From NCBI GenBank assembly GCA_965248195.1, contig CBDFIQ010000002.1, forward strand, positions 672,001-736,000: 64,000 bases of DNA, written 5' to 3'. Position numbers and translations under genes: made by a program. The notes below the pieces were generated by a model. It was not told the DNA's origin and searched no databases. It saw only the letters and a list, made by a program, of their open reading frames with translations. This DNA is from Longimicrobiales bacterium. Lineage in GTDB: Bacteria > Gemmatimonadota > Gemmatimonadetes > Longimicrobiales > Gaopeijiaceae. This document shows positions 30,140-38,973 of this stretch, in pieces; position 1 is the first letter of the stretch; each line of letters begins with the position of its first letter.

Positions 30140-31515
30140 GGTCAAGTCCCGATTTGTGTGTAAAAGCGGAGGAAGCTCCTCGCCTTCGGCTAGGCTGCTT
30201 GGGCGACCTCCTGTTTCTGGAGGAGTGAGAGGTCGAGGTAACGCCGGTCGCCCCAGACGTGTGTGGTCCTGAGTGCGACGGCCGTGATGAGCCTGAGGGC
30301 GCTGGCCCGGTCCGGGAAGGCGCCGGCGGCCTTGATCCTGCGTTTGATCTCGCCGTGCAGCCGCTCGAGGCTGTTGGTGGTACGCAGCCGGGGCCAGTGC
30401 GCCTCGGGGAACGCGTAGAACTGCGTCGCTGCCCCGAAGCCCCGCTCCAGGACCTCCACGGCCTCGGGCAGCTCCTTCTTCCAGCGTGCGCCGAACTCGC
30501 CCAGGAGCTTCTTCGCCTCGGCGAGTCCGGATGTCTGGAAGATCACCGAGACCTCACGCGCCACGCGCTTGCGTAGGCGGTGGGGGACCCTCGCCCCCAC
30601 ATTACGCTGCAGATGGACCGTACACCTCTGACGGCGTGCCTCGGGCAGGAAGCGGCGGACCGCAGCTGCCAGGCCTGCGTGCTCATCGGCGATCACGAGC
30701 TCGACACCGCCGAGGCCGCGGTCCTGGAGTTGCTCGAGGAGCTCCGACCAGCTCTGCTGCGACTCCTCAGCGCCCAGCGTGACGGCCAGGAGCCGTCGGT
30801 GACCCTCAGGGCCCACTGCATACGCCACGAGCGCACTCACGTTCTCGACTTTGCGGGCCCAGCGGGCGTCCAAGAACGTGGCGTCCAGGTACAGATAGGG
30901 GTGAGGCCCCTCGATCGGCGCACGGCGCAGCCCTTCCACGGCCTCGTCGAGCCGTTTTGCCACACGACTCACCGTCGAGCGCCCAACACGCTCGCCCATC
31001 AGCGCCTCGGTGACGTCGCCCATCTTGCGCTGTGACACGCCGCTCACATACGCCTCGACCATCATCTCGTCGAGCTCGGGGCTCCTGCGCTGGTAGCGGC
31101 CGATCACGTCGGCCGGCGAACCGTTGTCCCGGCTCCGGGGCATGGCGACCTCGATCTGCCCCAGGCTCGTCAGCAGCCGCCTCAGGTATGTGCCGTTCCT
31201 ATGGTCCTTCCGGCTTCCCACCCGCTCGAAGCGGCGTGCACCTACCATGGCCTTCAGCTCCTCTTCCAGCACCATCTCGAGCGTCAGCCGGATCGCGCCT
31301 TGAAACAGCTCGCGCAAATCATCGCGTAGCTCGTCTTGCGTGGCCCGACCGATCTCCACAATCTCTTGCATCGGAAGCTCCTCTCCGGTTCCGAGCCTGC
31401 TCTGCAGACCCGGACTCCCGGGTTCATGTGACAGTGAACAACAACAGAGGAGCTTCCGTTTTTCTTTCCCTCCTGTCCAGCTTATCCGCTTTTACACAAA
31501 TCTAGGGACACTACC
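30140..31515 (-). mobile_element. IS256-family insertion sequence, 1376 bp
   Basis: Imperfect TIRs ggtcaagtcccgatttgtgtgtaaaagcgga / ggtagtgtccctagatttgtgtaaaagcgga; 9-bp target duplication TGCAACCAT at 30131-30139 and 31516-31524. Confidence 0.93.
30190..31371 (-). CDS. IS256 (Mutator-type) DDE transposase
   Basis: RNGTYLR, YLYLDAT, VIADEHAGL, QRCTVH, TTNSLERLHGEIKRR. Confidence 0.95.
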   Translation of the reverse strand: MQEIVEIGRATQDELRDDLRELFQGAIRLTLEMVLEEELKAMVGARRFERVGSRKDHRNGTYLRRLLTSLGQIEVAMPRSRDNGSPADVIGRYQRRSPELDEMMVEAYVSGVSQRKMGDVTEALMGERVGRSTVSRVAKRLDEAVEGLRRAPIEGPHPYLYLDATFLDARWARKVENVSALVAYAVGPEGHRRLLAVTLGAEESQQSWSELLEQLQDRGLGGVELVIADEHAGLAAAVRRFLPEARRQRCTVHLQRNVGARVPHRLRKRVAREVSVIFQTSGLAEAKKLLGEFGARWKKELPEAVEVLERGFGAATQFYAFPEAHWPRLRTTNSLERLHGEIKRRIKAAGAFPDRASALRLITAVALRTTHVWGDRRYLDLSLLQKQEVAQAA

Positions 31516-31615
31516 TGCAACCATGGGGGAGGATGGGTAGCGAGTGAGCCTCTCATCCGCTCCTGGCCGAAATTCGGACTGGCGGTGCCACACGCCCACG
31601 TACTTTCTTTGAAAT

Positions 31616-32341
31616 ATGGCCAAGTCCCCGCGTGACTCACCCACGTTTCGAATCCGGTACACAGAGTCCCCGTCGGATGACGGTCTCGGCTCCACGAAAC
31701 GGACTGGAAGAGACGATACCCTGGAATCGGCGTGGCCTCGGAGCGTGGGGATGCGCCTTCACGACGCAACCATCGCGGCGAGCCGTGGAAAGGTATGGTG
31801 GTACCGGATCCCACTCCTCATTCCCCTCGCGTGGATCTTCTGCCAGCACCTGGCCGACTCAGAGTACGGGAGCCTTTTCGCGGGAATCCACTTGGCGGTC
31901 CACGAAGGCGGGCATCTGTTCTTCATGTGGTTCGGTAGCGATTTTGTCACAGTGGCGGGTGGCACCTTTCTCCAATGCATCTGCCCGATCCTCACTGGGA
32001 TCATGTTCTATAGGCAACGGGACTTCTTCGCGATCGGCGTTGCCTGCTTCTGGCTCGGAACCAGCTTCGCGCACATCGCGCCCTACGCCGCGGACGCACG
32101 GGCGCAGTTGCTCCCGCTCGTGTCTACCTTCCAGGGAGCGCCCGGCCACGATTGGAATTACCTGCTCGGTGCCCTGGGGCTCCTGGGCCGGGATCGGGCC
32201 ATCGGGGGCGCTTTCCGGGTTGCCGGCATCCTTACGATGGGAGGGGGCTTTTTTGGGAGCCTGTGGGTGCTCCGGGTCATGGCGACATCGGATGTGGCTG
32301 ACCAGCGCTTCGAGCCGTTCGAGCACGGCCCAAGTGAATAG
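31616..32341 (+). CDS. Membrane protein with HEXXH motif (M50B-like)
   Basis: VHEGGH in a TM segment, AGGT, GHDWNYLL; start uncertain (31616 or 31751). Confidence 0.65.
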   Translation: MAKSPRDSPTFRIRYTESPSDDGLGSTKRTGRDDTLESAWPRSVGMRLHDATIAASRGKVWWYRIPLLIPLAWIFCQHLADSEYGSLFAGIHLAVHEGGHLFFMWFGSDFVTVAGGTFLQCICPILTGIMFYRQRDFFAIGVACFWLGTSFAHIAPYAADARAQLLPLVSTFQGAPGHDWNYLLGALGLLGRDRAIGGAFRVAGILTMGGGFFGSLWVLRVMATSDVADQRFEPFEHGPSE

Positions 32342-32411
32342 AGCTCCGCGAACGGCCACGCTTGCCGGTGTCGTAGCGGCACGGCAAGGTTAGCTTGTCT
32401 GATCGCCCAGG

Positions 32412-35060
32412 ATGAACCATCAGGAGGTGACGGGGATGACGACGAGAAGAGTGATGAGCCATGTCCTGGCCCTCACCGTGGCATCGACCGCCTTCGTGAT
32501 CGCGCTCCCGCTGGGTGCGGTGGCACAGGATGTGGTCGAGGAGGAGGAGGCCCAGGACGAGAACCCCTTCGAGGATTTCGAGAAGCTCGTGGAGGGCGCG
32601 GAGGTCTCGCTCGGCTTCTTCGACCTTTACACAAAGGAAGGCCGGCTCTATCTCGCTGTTCCAGCGGATCGATTGGGCCAGGACTTCCTGATGGACATGA
32701 GGGTGGCCCAAGGCATCGGCGCGGCCGGGCTGTTTGGCGGTACGACGCTGAGCACCTTCGAGATGGATCTGATGGCGTTCGAGAAGCATGGGGAGAATGT
32801 CTATCTCGTCCAACGGCCGCACCGCTTCGGTGCCGCATCGGACGATCGGGCAGCGCAAGCCGTCGACATCTCCTTCGGATCCTCAATCGTACAGAGCGCC
32901 GATGTCGAGGCTATACGCCCGGACTCCGCTCTCGTACTGGATGTCACGAGCTGGTTTCTTTCGGATCTATCAGGGGTGGGAAGAAGGACTCGGGGAGCCG
33001 CCCGGGGAAACAATGGGCAATCCGGCAGCACGAGCTTCGACCGAAGCCGGAGCTACATCGACGCGGTCTCCAGCTTTCCGGAGAACACGAACATTAGAGC
33101 CACGCTGACGTTTCGTTCAGGACAGCCCAGATCCGTCCCATCGGTCCCCGATGGACGATATATCCCGGTCACCATCCATTACACGCTCGCCAAACTTCCC
33201 GAGCGGCCGATGGAGCGGCGGGTCGCCGATGACCGAGTCGGCAATTTCATGACCGTCCACAAAGACTTCAGCTCCTTGGACTCCACCTTCTTTCGCCGGT
33301 ATGTGAACCGGTGGCGGCTGGAGCCCGGCGAACGCGTCGGAGCCCGGCGACGCCCGGTCGAGCCCATTACGTACTACATCGATCGGACCGTACCCGACGA
33401 GTACCGGGGCTGGTTCAAGGAAGGCATCGAGAACTGGAATACGGCGTTCGAGGCTGCCGGTTGGGTGGACGCGATTCGTGCACTCGACCTGCCCGAGGAT
33501 GCAGACGCGAACGATATCCGGTACTCCGTGCTCCGCTGGAACACCTCCGACGACACCGGCTATGGGGCGATCGGTCCGTCCAAGGTCGACCCACGCACGG
33601 GCGAGATCCTCGACGCCGACATTCTATTCGAAGCAAATATGTTCCGGGGCTTCCGTAACACGTGGCGGAACATCGTGAATCCCGTGACCGCAGCAGAGGC
33701 CTTTGAGATGGCGCTCGGTGTCAGCGAGCTCGAGGCGCCCGAGCCGAACGCCCAGGGGTGGGAGCTTCCCGGATTTGCGTCGGCGCTCCAGGCGCAGGGA
33801 GCGCTGGCCGGCTTGGTGCTCGTGGCGCGGGAGGAGATGGAGCCGGGTGACCCGTTACCGAATGAGCTTCTCCGGCAATACACGATGTGGGTCGTGATGC
33901 ACGAGGTCGGGCACACCCTCGGTCTACGACACAACTTCCGGTCCTCGGCGAGCACTCCCTTGGACCAACTCCACAACGCCGAGTTTACGCGAGCGAATGG
34001 CGTATACGGCTCCGTGATGGAGTATCCGACGGTTAACCTGGCTCCGCCGGGGCAAAGAAACGGCGACTACTATACGTACGACGTCGGGTCCTACGATCGG
34101 TGGGCGATCTCTTACGCGTACACGCGGAGTCAGGACGATGCGGAAGATATCGCGCGCGGGGTCTCCGACGTGGGGCATCTGTACGGCAACGAGCGGGACG
34201 CCCGCGGGGCGTTGGATCCCACGATCAACCCGTATGATCTTGGTGCGGATCCTCTGGCGTGGGGTGCGGAGCGTTCCGCGCTGATCCGTGACCTTCTGCC
34301 AAAGATTCCTGAGTACGTCCTCCAGGACGACTCCCCATTCGTCGAGGTCACCAACGCATACAACCAGCTCATCACCGAATATGCTCGGGCGCTCGCACCG
34401 GCAGTGAAGTATATCGGCGGTCAGTATATGAATCGCGATCATGTGGGAGACGGGCGTGATCCGTTCGTGAACGTACCCAAGGTCAAGCAGTTGGAAGCAC
34501 TCGAACTGCTCATCGATCGTATTTTCGCAGACGGGGCGCTGGCGTTGGATCCTGCTGTGCTCCAGAGCTTCGGAACGGATGGGTACGAGCATTGGGGCAG
34601 TAACCGCACGACCGACGGCCGTTTCGACTACCCTTTCCACGCTCGGACGCTTGAGCTCCAGTCGTCTGTCCTGAACCAGATCCTGAACGCCTCCCGGCTA
34701 GCTCGAATTCGAGACGCCGAGACGAAGTTCGGGGCCGGGCAGGTCGCTACGATTCCGGAGCTACTGGGATCTTTGACGACCGCCATTTGGAGCGAACTAG
34801 GACGGGGGACGATCAGCGCCGATCGTCGGGACCTTCAACGGGCCTACTTGGACGCTATGATGGGCCTGGTTGTAAATCCGGCGAACCGAACGCCGGCCGA
34901 TGCTCGTGCGGTGGCACGGTGGGAATTGGCCCAACTCCGCGTTCGCATCGATGCGGCTCAGGCGGGGGCTTCGGACGGATATACCCGAGCGCACCTTTTT
35001 GAGGCGCTGGCGCGTATCGACAAGACGCTCGAGGCGGGACTAGAGGCTGAAGCAAATTGA
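32412..35060 (+). CDS. Zinc-dependent metalloprotease (DUF5117/DUF5118/DUF4953 architecture)
   Basis: Signal peptide; DPRTGEILDAD, HEVGHTLGLRHN, SVMEY Met-turn, GSYDRWAI. Confidence 0.9.
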   Translation: MNHQEVTGMTTRRVMSHVLALTVASTAFVIALPLGAVAQDVVEEEEAQDENPFEDFEKLVEGAEVSLGFFDLYTKEGRLYLAVPADRLGQDFLMDMRVAQGIGAAGLFGGTTLSTFEMDLMAFEKHGENVYLVQRPHRFGAASDDRAAQAVDISFGSSIVQSADVEAIRPDSALVLDVTSWFLSDLSGVGRRTRGAARGNNGQSGSTSFDRSRSYIDAVSSFPENTNIRATLTFRSGQPRSVPSVPDGRYIPVTIHYTLAKLPERPMERRVADDRVGNFMTVHKDFSSLDSTFFRRYVNRWRLEPGERVGARRRPVEPITYYIDRTVPDEYRGWFKEGIENWNTAFEAAGWVDAIRALDLPEDADANDIRYSVLRWNTSDDTGYGAIGPSKVDPRTGEILDADILFEANMFRGFRNTWRNIVNPVTAAEAFEMALGVSELEAPEPNAQGWELPGFASALQAQGALAGLVLVAREEMEPGDPLPNELLRQYTMWVVMHEVGHTLGLRHNFRSSASTPLDQLHNAEFTRANGVYGSVMEYPTVNLAPPGQRNGDYYTYDVGSYDRWAISYAYTRSQDDAEDIARGVSDVGHLYGNERDARGALDPTINPYDLGADPLAWGAERSALIRDLLPKIPEYVLQDDSPFVEVTNAYNQLITEYARALAPAVKYIGGQYMNRDHVGDGRDPFVNVPKVKQLEALELLIDRIFADGALALDPAVLQSFGTDGYEHWGSNRTTDGRFDYPFHARTLELQSSVLNQILNASRLARIRDAETKFGAGQVATIPELLGSLTTAIWSELGRGTISADRRDLQRAYLDAMMGLVVNPANRTPADARAVARWELAQLRVRIDAAQAGASDGYTRAHLFEALARIDKTLEAGLEAEAN

Positions 35061-35065
35061 GGGAG

Positions 35066-35094
35066 TGGGAGGGGGGGGATGGCCCCCCCTCCCA
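35066..35094. terminator. Hairpin between convergent genes
   Basis: 12-bp stem TGGGAGGGGGGG/CCCCCCCTCCCA; no U tract. Confidence 0.5.
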
Positions 35095-35107
35095 GGTCCA
35101 AGCGCGG

Positions 35108-36166
35108 TCAAATCCCCAAGTTCATTTGGATCGCATCTCCGGGCCGTCGAAACGCAGCAGTGGACAACTCCGCTGGCGGGCCTTCCAGGCCCGCCTTCCT
35201 CCGGGCCACGTGAAAGAGCTGCATGACCTGCTTTGCCATGGGTCCCTGGCCCTTCATGCGGGACACGAGACGCGGATCGTTCAGCCGACCGCCTCGCATC
35301 GCCAAGATCCGATTGACGATCTTTTCCTTACGGTCAGGCACGTGCCGCTCGAGCCAATCCAGGAACAGATCCTTCACGCCGTAAGGGAGCCGCAGCGGAA
35401 CGCAGCTCGCCTCCTTGGCTCCTCTGTCCGCCGCGGCCATGAGGATCGAAGGAATCTCGTGGTCGGTGAGCCCCGGGATCACAGGCGCCACGAAGACCGC
35501 GACCGGCACGCCGGCTAGGGTCAGCTGCTCGATCGCCTCGAGCCTTCGCGTCGGACTCGATGTGCGCGGCTCCATAACCCTTTGGAGGGTGGGATCCAAG
35601 GTAATCAAAGAGATCGCGACCTTCACCGCTTCGTAAGAAGCGAGTTCAGTGAGAAGGTCGAGGTCTCGAGTTACGAGAAAATTCTTCGTGATGACCATCA
35701 CGGGGTTTCTGAACTCCGTGAGTACCTCCAGACAACCCCGCGTGACTCTAGCCGTGCGCTCGACGGGTTGATAAGGGTCGGTGACTCCAGAAAGTGCCAA
35801 CAGCTTGGGCCGCCACCGAGGGGAGGAAAGTTCGTTTCGCAGGAGTTCGGGGGCGTCCTGCTTGATAAAGATCTTCGACTCGAAGTCGAGACCCGCCGAC
35901 AGGCCCAGGTATTCGTGCGTAGGACGGGCGTAACAATAGGCACAGCCGTGCTCGCAGCCCCTGTACGGGTTGATGCTCACCTCGAACCCGACATCGGGAC
36001 TCGTGTTGCGGGCCACGATCGATCGAGTGGAGTCTTTGAAGAACTGCGTTCGCGGGACAGGGTCCTCCACTACCGTCGATGGGTCGCGCTCCAGAGTAAC
36101 GCGTTCGAAGCGGTTGCTTGAGTTGGGCGTCACGCCACGCCCGCGGAGCGTTGGAAGCATTGTCAT
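35108..36166 (-). CDS. PA0069 family radical SAM protein (SplB-like)
   Basis: INPYRGCEHGCAYCYARPTHEYL, SGVTDPYQPVE, MEPRT, APVIPGLTDHE. Confidence 0.92.
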   Translation of the reverse strand: MTMLPTLRGRGVTPNSSNRFERVTLERDPSTVVEDPVPRTQFFKDSTRSIVARNTSPDVGFEVSINPYRGCEHGCAYCYARPTHEYLGLSAGLDFESKIFIKQDAPELLRNELSSPRWRPKLLALSGVTDPYQPVERTARVTRGCLEVLTEFRNPVMVITKNFLVTRDLDLLTELASYEAVKVAISLITLDPTLQRVMEPRTSSPTRRLEAIEQLTLAGVPVAVFVAPVIPGLTDHEIPSILMAAADRGAKEASCVPLRLPYGVKDLFLDWLERHVPDRKEKIVNRILAMRGGRLNDPRLVSRMKGQGPMAKQVMQLFHVARRKAGLEGPPAELSTAAFRRPGDAIQMNLGI

Positions 36167-36227
36167 TCGTCTTGGTGGGTCCTTGTGCTCAGCGGCGGGC
36201 GCATCTTTTCTCGAATCAATATTGTAT

Positions 36228-36242
36228 GTTCGGTATTTATTC
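36228..36242. promoter_or_regulatory. Candidate LexA-type direct repeat GTTC-N7-ATTC
   Basis: TTCGGTAT repeated with 11-bp period in the AT-rich gap between two divergent repair genes. Confidence 0.4.
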
Positions 36243-36293
36243 GGTATATGATACATGTTGGCGACCCACGACGAAAGAGACGATGTTGCAGCG

Positions 36294-36914
36294 ATGAGAC
36301 CCACCAAAGCCCAGATGGCAGCGCTGAGGCGCAGGGACCCCGTTCTCGGGGCCGCCATCAAGCACCTACCGCCCTTCCCGGACCTGCCGGTCGGGATCCT
36401 GCGAGGTCCGTACTTCCACGTGCTGGCCCGATCGATCATTTACCAACAGCTTGCGACGCGGGCGGCGGCGACGATTTACCGCCGGGTTCGAAAGCTGAGT
36501 CCAGGTCCCCGTTTTCCGACTCCAGCTCAGATGTTGGCGCTCTCCGAACAGCGGCTCCGAGCCGCGGGATTGTCTGGAAACAAGACGAGGGCCCTCCGGG
36601 GTCTCGCCACCAAGATCGTGAGCGGCGAACTCCGTCTCAGGGGCATCGCCCGCCACGACGACGAGGAGGTCATCGAGCGGCTTACTACGGTTTGGGGCAT
36701 CGGTGAGTGGACAGCGCAGATGTTCCTCATCTTCAAGCTGGGGCGGCTGGACATCATGCCCGCGGGCGACCTCGGCGTGCAGGAGGGGCTGCGCGTCTTG
36801 GATGGACTGGATGGGCGCCCTTCCCCCGACACCCTGCTCGGTCGCGCCGAGGTTTGGCGGCCACTTCGCAGCGTCGCCGCGTGGTATTTGTGGAGGCTGA
36901 CGGACACGCCATGA
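36294..36914 (+). CDS. DNA-3-methyladenine glycosylase II (AlkA-like HhH-GPD)
   Basis: SIIYQQL, LRAAGLSGNK, GIGEWTAQM, PAGDLGV, WRPLRSVAAWYLW. Confidence 0.9.
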   Translation: MRPTKAQMAALRRRDPVLGAAIKHLPPFPDLPVGILRGPYFHVLARSIIYQQLATRAAATIYRRVRKLSPGPRFPTPAQMLALSEQRLRAAGLSGNKTRALRGLATKIVSGELRLRGIARHDDEEVIERLTTVWGIGEWTAQMFLIFKLGRLDIMPAGDLGVQEGLRVLDGLDGRPSPDTLLGRAEVWRPLRSVAAWYLWRLTDTP

Positions 36915-36944
36915 CACTCGGGCGGCCAAAATCGCGTAGTGCAA

Positions 36945-37247
36945 GAAGGCTGTTGAAGGAGTACAGCGGGTCGCGCACAGGGCGCTTGTGCGTGTTCAGA
37001 CAAGGAACGACGACGAGGCGTAGCAACGCTACTCCGAGGAGGAGAGACGCCGGATCAACCGCACAACCGCCCTGTGCCCACGACCATGTGTGGCATAAGC
37101 TTACAAGTTGAAGGGTTGCGGTGGCACGGCCCCATCTCCGTTGTTGGAGTTCCTAGCCATAGCTACGGCTATGGCGTCGTCGCTCCGCCTAGGAGCTAGG
37201 ACCGTGGCATCCGCAACGCGGCCCACTGTACTCCTTCAACAGCCTTC
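36945..37247. mobile_element. Non-coding MITE/REPIN-like element with nested hairpins
   Basis: 31-bp TIRs (36945-36975 and 37217-37247, 29/31 complementary) enclosing two long stem-loops. Confidence 0.7.
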
Positions 37248-37288
37248 CAGAAGGCATGACGTGACGCCATCCGAACAGGAGGGTCTTG

Positions 37289-37480
37289 ATGGCCAAGAGC
37301 AGCCGAGGACGCGCACCGCGAGACAAGAAACCCTCGCTCAAGCATCCGCAATGGCTCGGTACACCCGGTGCGCCCAAGCCGCCCAAGACGCCACCGCCAC
37401 CCCGCCCTACTCCCCCGGTGGGGTCAGTGCCGGGCCCTGACTTCAAGAAAGTGATGAAGAAGATCAGGAAGAAGCGGTAG
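37289..37480 (+). CDS. Small basic Pro/Lys-rich protein
   Basis: AGGAGG RBS, 63 aa. Confidence 0.5.
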   Translation: MAKSSRGRAPRDKKPSLKHPQWLGTPGAPKPPKTPPPPRPTPPVGSVPGPDFKKVMKKIRKKR

Positions 37481-37503
37481 GGCTTGAAGAAGCGGTAAGG
37501 CTT
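37468..37503 (+). repeat. 18-bp tandem duplication spanning a stop codon
   Basis: gaagaagcggtagggctt / gaagaagcggtaaggctt. Confidence 0.8.
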
Positions 37504-37552
37504 GTTGAAGAAGTGGGGCGAGCCGCTTTACGGAATTACGAAGGAAGCCGAA

Positions 37553-37951
37553 TCATTCGGGGCTGGCGAGCGAGGCTTTCAACGCCTCGTCGACCAAGAA
37601 GAGATCGGTCAGAAGCGCCCGGAAGTGGATCGACGCGTTCAGGTTGTCGATCAACTGAGAACTGATCGACGGCTGCGCCATGACGAGCCCGAGAGCGGCC
37701 CGTGTGTCAGCGGCATCCCGCTGGACAACCTGATCCATGGCCGCCACGGCGTCCGCGTCGTTACCCTCGGCTGCGTCGCCGATGCCACCCTCGAAGGCAG
37801 CGAGGGCCTGGTCGGCCCGGCTCAGATATTGGGTCAACTCACCACTGACGCCGGCACCGGATCCAGACACTCCTTGAGCCGCATACGCGAGAAAGAACTC
37901 GTAGGTCTCCTCGATCGTGTCGATATGTTTCTGTAACTCGTCGGACGTCAC
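37553..37951 (-). CDS. Hypothetical helical protein, last gene of the molybdoenzyme operon
   Basis: GTG start adjacent to the upstream stop; IEETYEFFLAYAAQG and DNLNASIHFRALLTDLFLVDE. Confidence 0.7.
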   Translation of the reverse strand: MTSDELQKHIDTIEETYEFFLAYAAQGVSGSGAGVSGELTQYLSRADQALAAFEGGIGDAAEGNDADAVAAMDQVVQRDAADTRAALGLVMAQPSISSQLIDNLNASIHFRALLTDLFLVDEALKASLASPE

Positions 37952-37952
37952 C

Positions 37953-38972
37953 TCAGTCCAGACCTCCGACCTCTGACGCCCGCTCATCGTCTGCATCGCT
38001 GGACTCTCCAGCCGCTCCACCACCATTCGCCGCAGCATCGCCGCCGCTCGCCGTAGCATCGCCACTACCGACCGCCACGTCGCCACCGCCGACCGCAGCA
38101 TCAACAGAACCGGCCGGAGCACCCACGCCGGCTGGCACGAGCTCTTCTTCAGGGGCAGCAGCTCCGTCGATTACCCAACGACTCGGATCGAAGTTCTCGG
38201 CGTATTTGTCTTTGCCGATGAACCCATAAATCATCGACTTCGTGATCCACCACTTGTCCGGCCGTATCGCGAAGTAGATATGCGAAATGACCAGAGCGAT
38301 GAGGGCCACACCGGAGATACCGTGAACCACGTACACCACGCCCCAAGAACTGTCCGCGAGCATATACGGGTTCGCGGTCCAGAACGGCGTCTCGAGCCGG
38401 AGCATCATGAAGATGCCCGTGACGATGGCGGCCAGACCCGACACAGCCGCACCGTGGTGGAACATCTTATGATCGATCGGATACTTCGCGGCCTTGGGCA
38501 CCTCCGTCCCGTTTCGCCCTAACATATGACTCAACTCGGCCATCCCAGCCTTGATGTCGGCTTTGTCGACCCACATCGCCCAGAAATCTTGCCAGAAAAC
38601 CGCACGAACGACGTGGTAGACGATGGTTGCTGTCAGGACCAGGCCGGCCACCCAGTGGATCGTGACCCACGCGAACTGGATCCCCATGACCGGGGCGAAC
38701 GCCGTGATCAGAAGCACGAGCATCGCCGCCGACATGACCCAGTGGAACACACGTTCCGCAAGGGCATGCCGAAGAATCTGGGCGGGGAGCCCAGCGCCGC
38801 TGGACCCTCCACCCGTATCTGTCGAAGCAGCGGGCGCGAGCCACTTAGCCCAGACGGCATGGGCGGCGACGAAAGCCAAGCCGCCGATCACCGCAAGCCA
38901 CATGAGGTCCCAGGAGACTCCGATCAGAACATCCTGGCCCCACGGGTTGGCCGCGCGCCTCCAGAGTTCCAC
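37953..38972 (-). CDS. Membrane cytochrome b (FdnI/HupC-like)
   Basis: TM helices with His at RVFHWV, TIHWV, VVHG, ISHIY; 7-aa repeat tail. Confidence 0.8.
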   Translation of the reverse strand: MELWRRAANPWGQDVLIGVSWDLMWLAVIGGLAFVAAHAVWAKWLAPAASTDTGGGSSGAGLPAQILRHALAERVFHWVMSAAMLVLLITAFAPVMGIQFAWVTIHWVAGLVLTATIVYHVVRAVFWQDFWAMWVDKADIKAGMAELSHMLGRNGTEVPKAAKYPIDHKMFHHGAAVSGLAAIVTGIFMMLRLETPFWTANPYMLADSSWGVVYVVHGISGVALIALVISHIYFAIRPDKWWITKSMIYGFIGKDKYAENFDPSRWVIDGAAAPEEELVPAGVGAPAGSVDAAVGGGDVAVGSGDATASGGDAAANGGGAAGESSDADDERASEVGGLD

Positions 38973-38973
38973 G

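Noticed and set aside
35108..36439. Extended N-termini of track ORFs (35108..36439, 17039..18175, 50195..51574, 24205..24996, 21305..22222)
   Set aside because: The extensions overlap neighbouring genes; family motifs and RBSs support the shorter starts used here.
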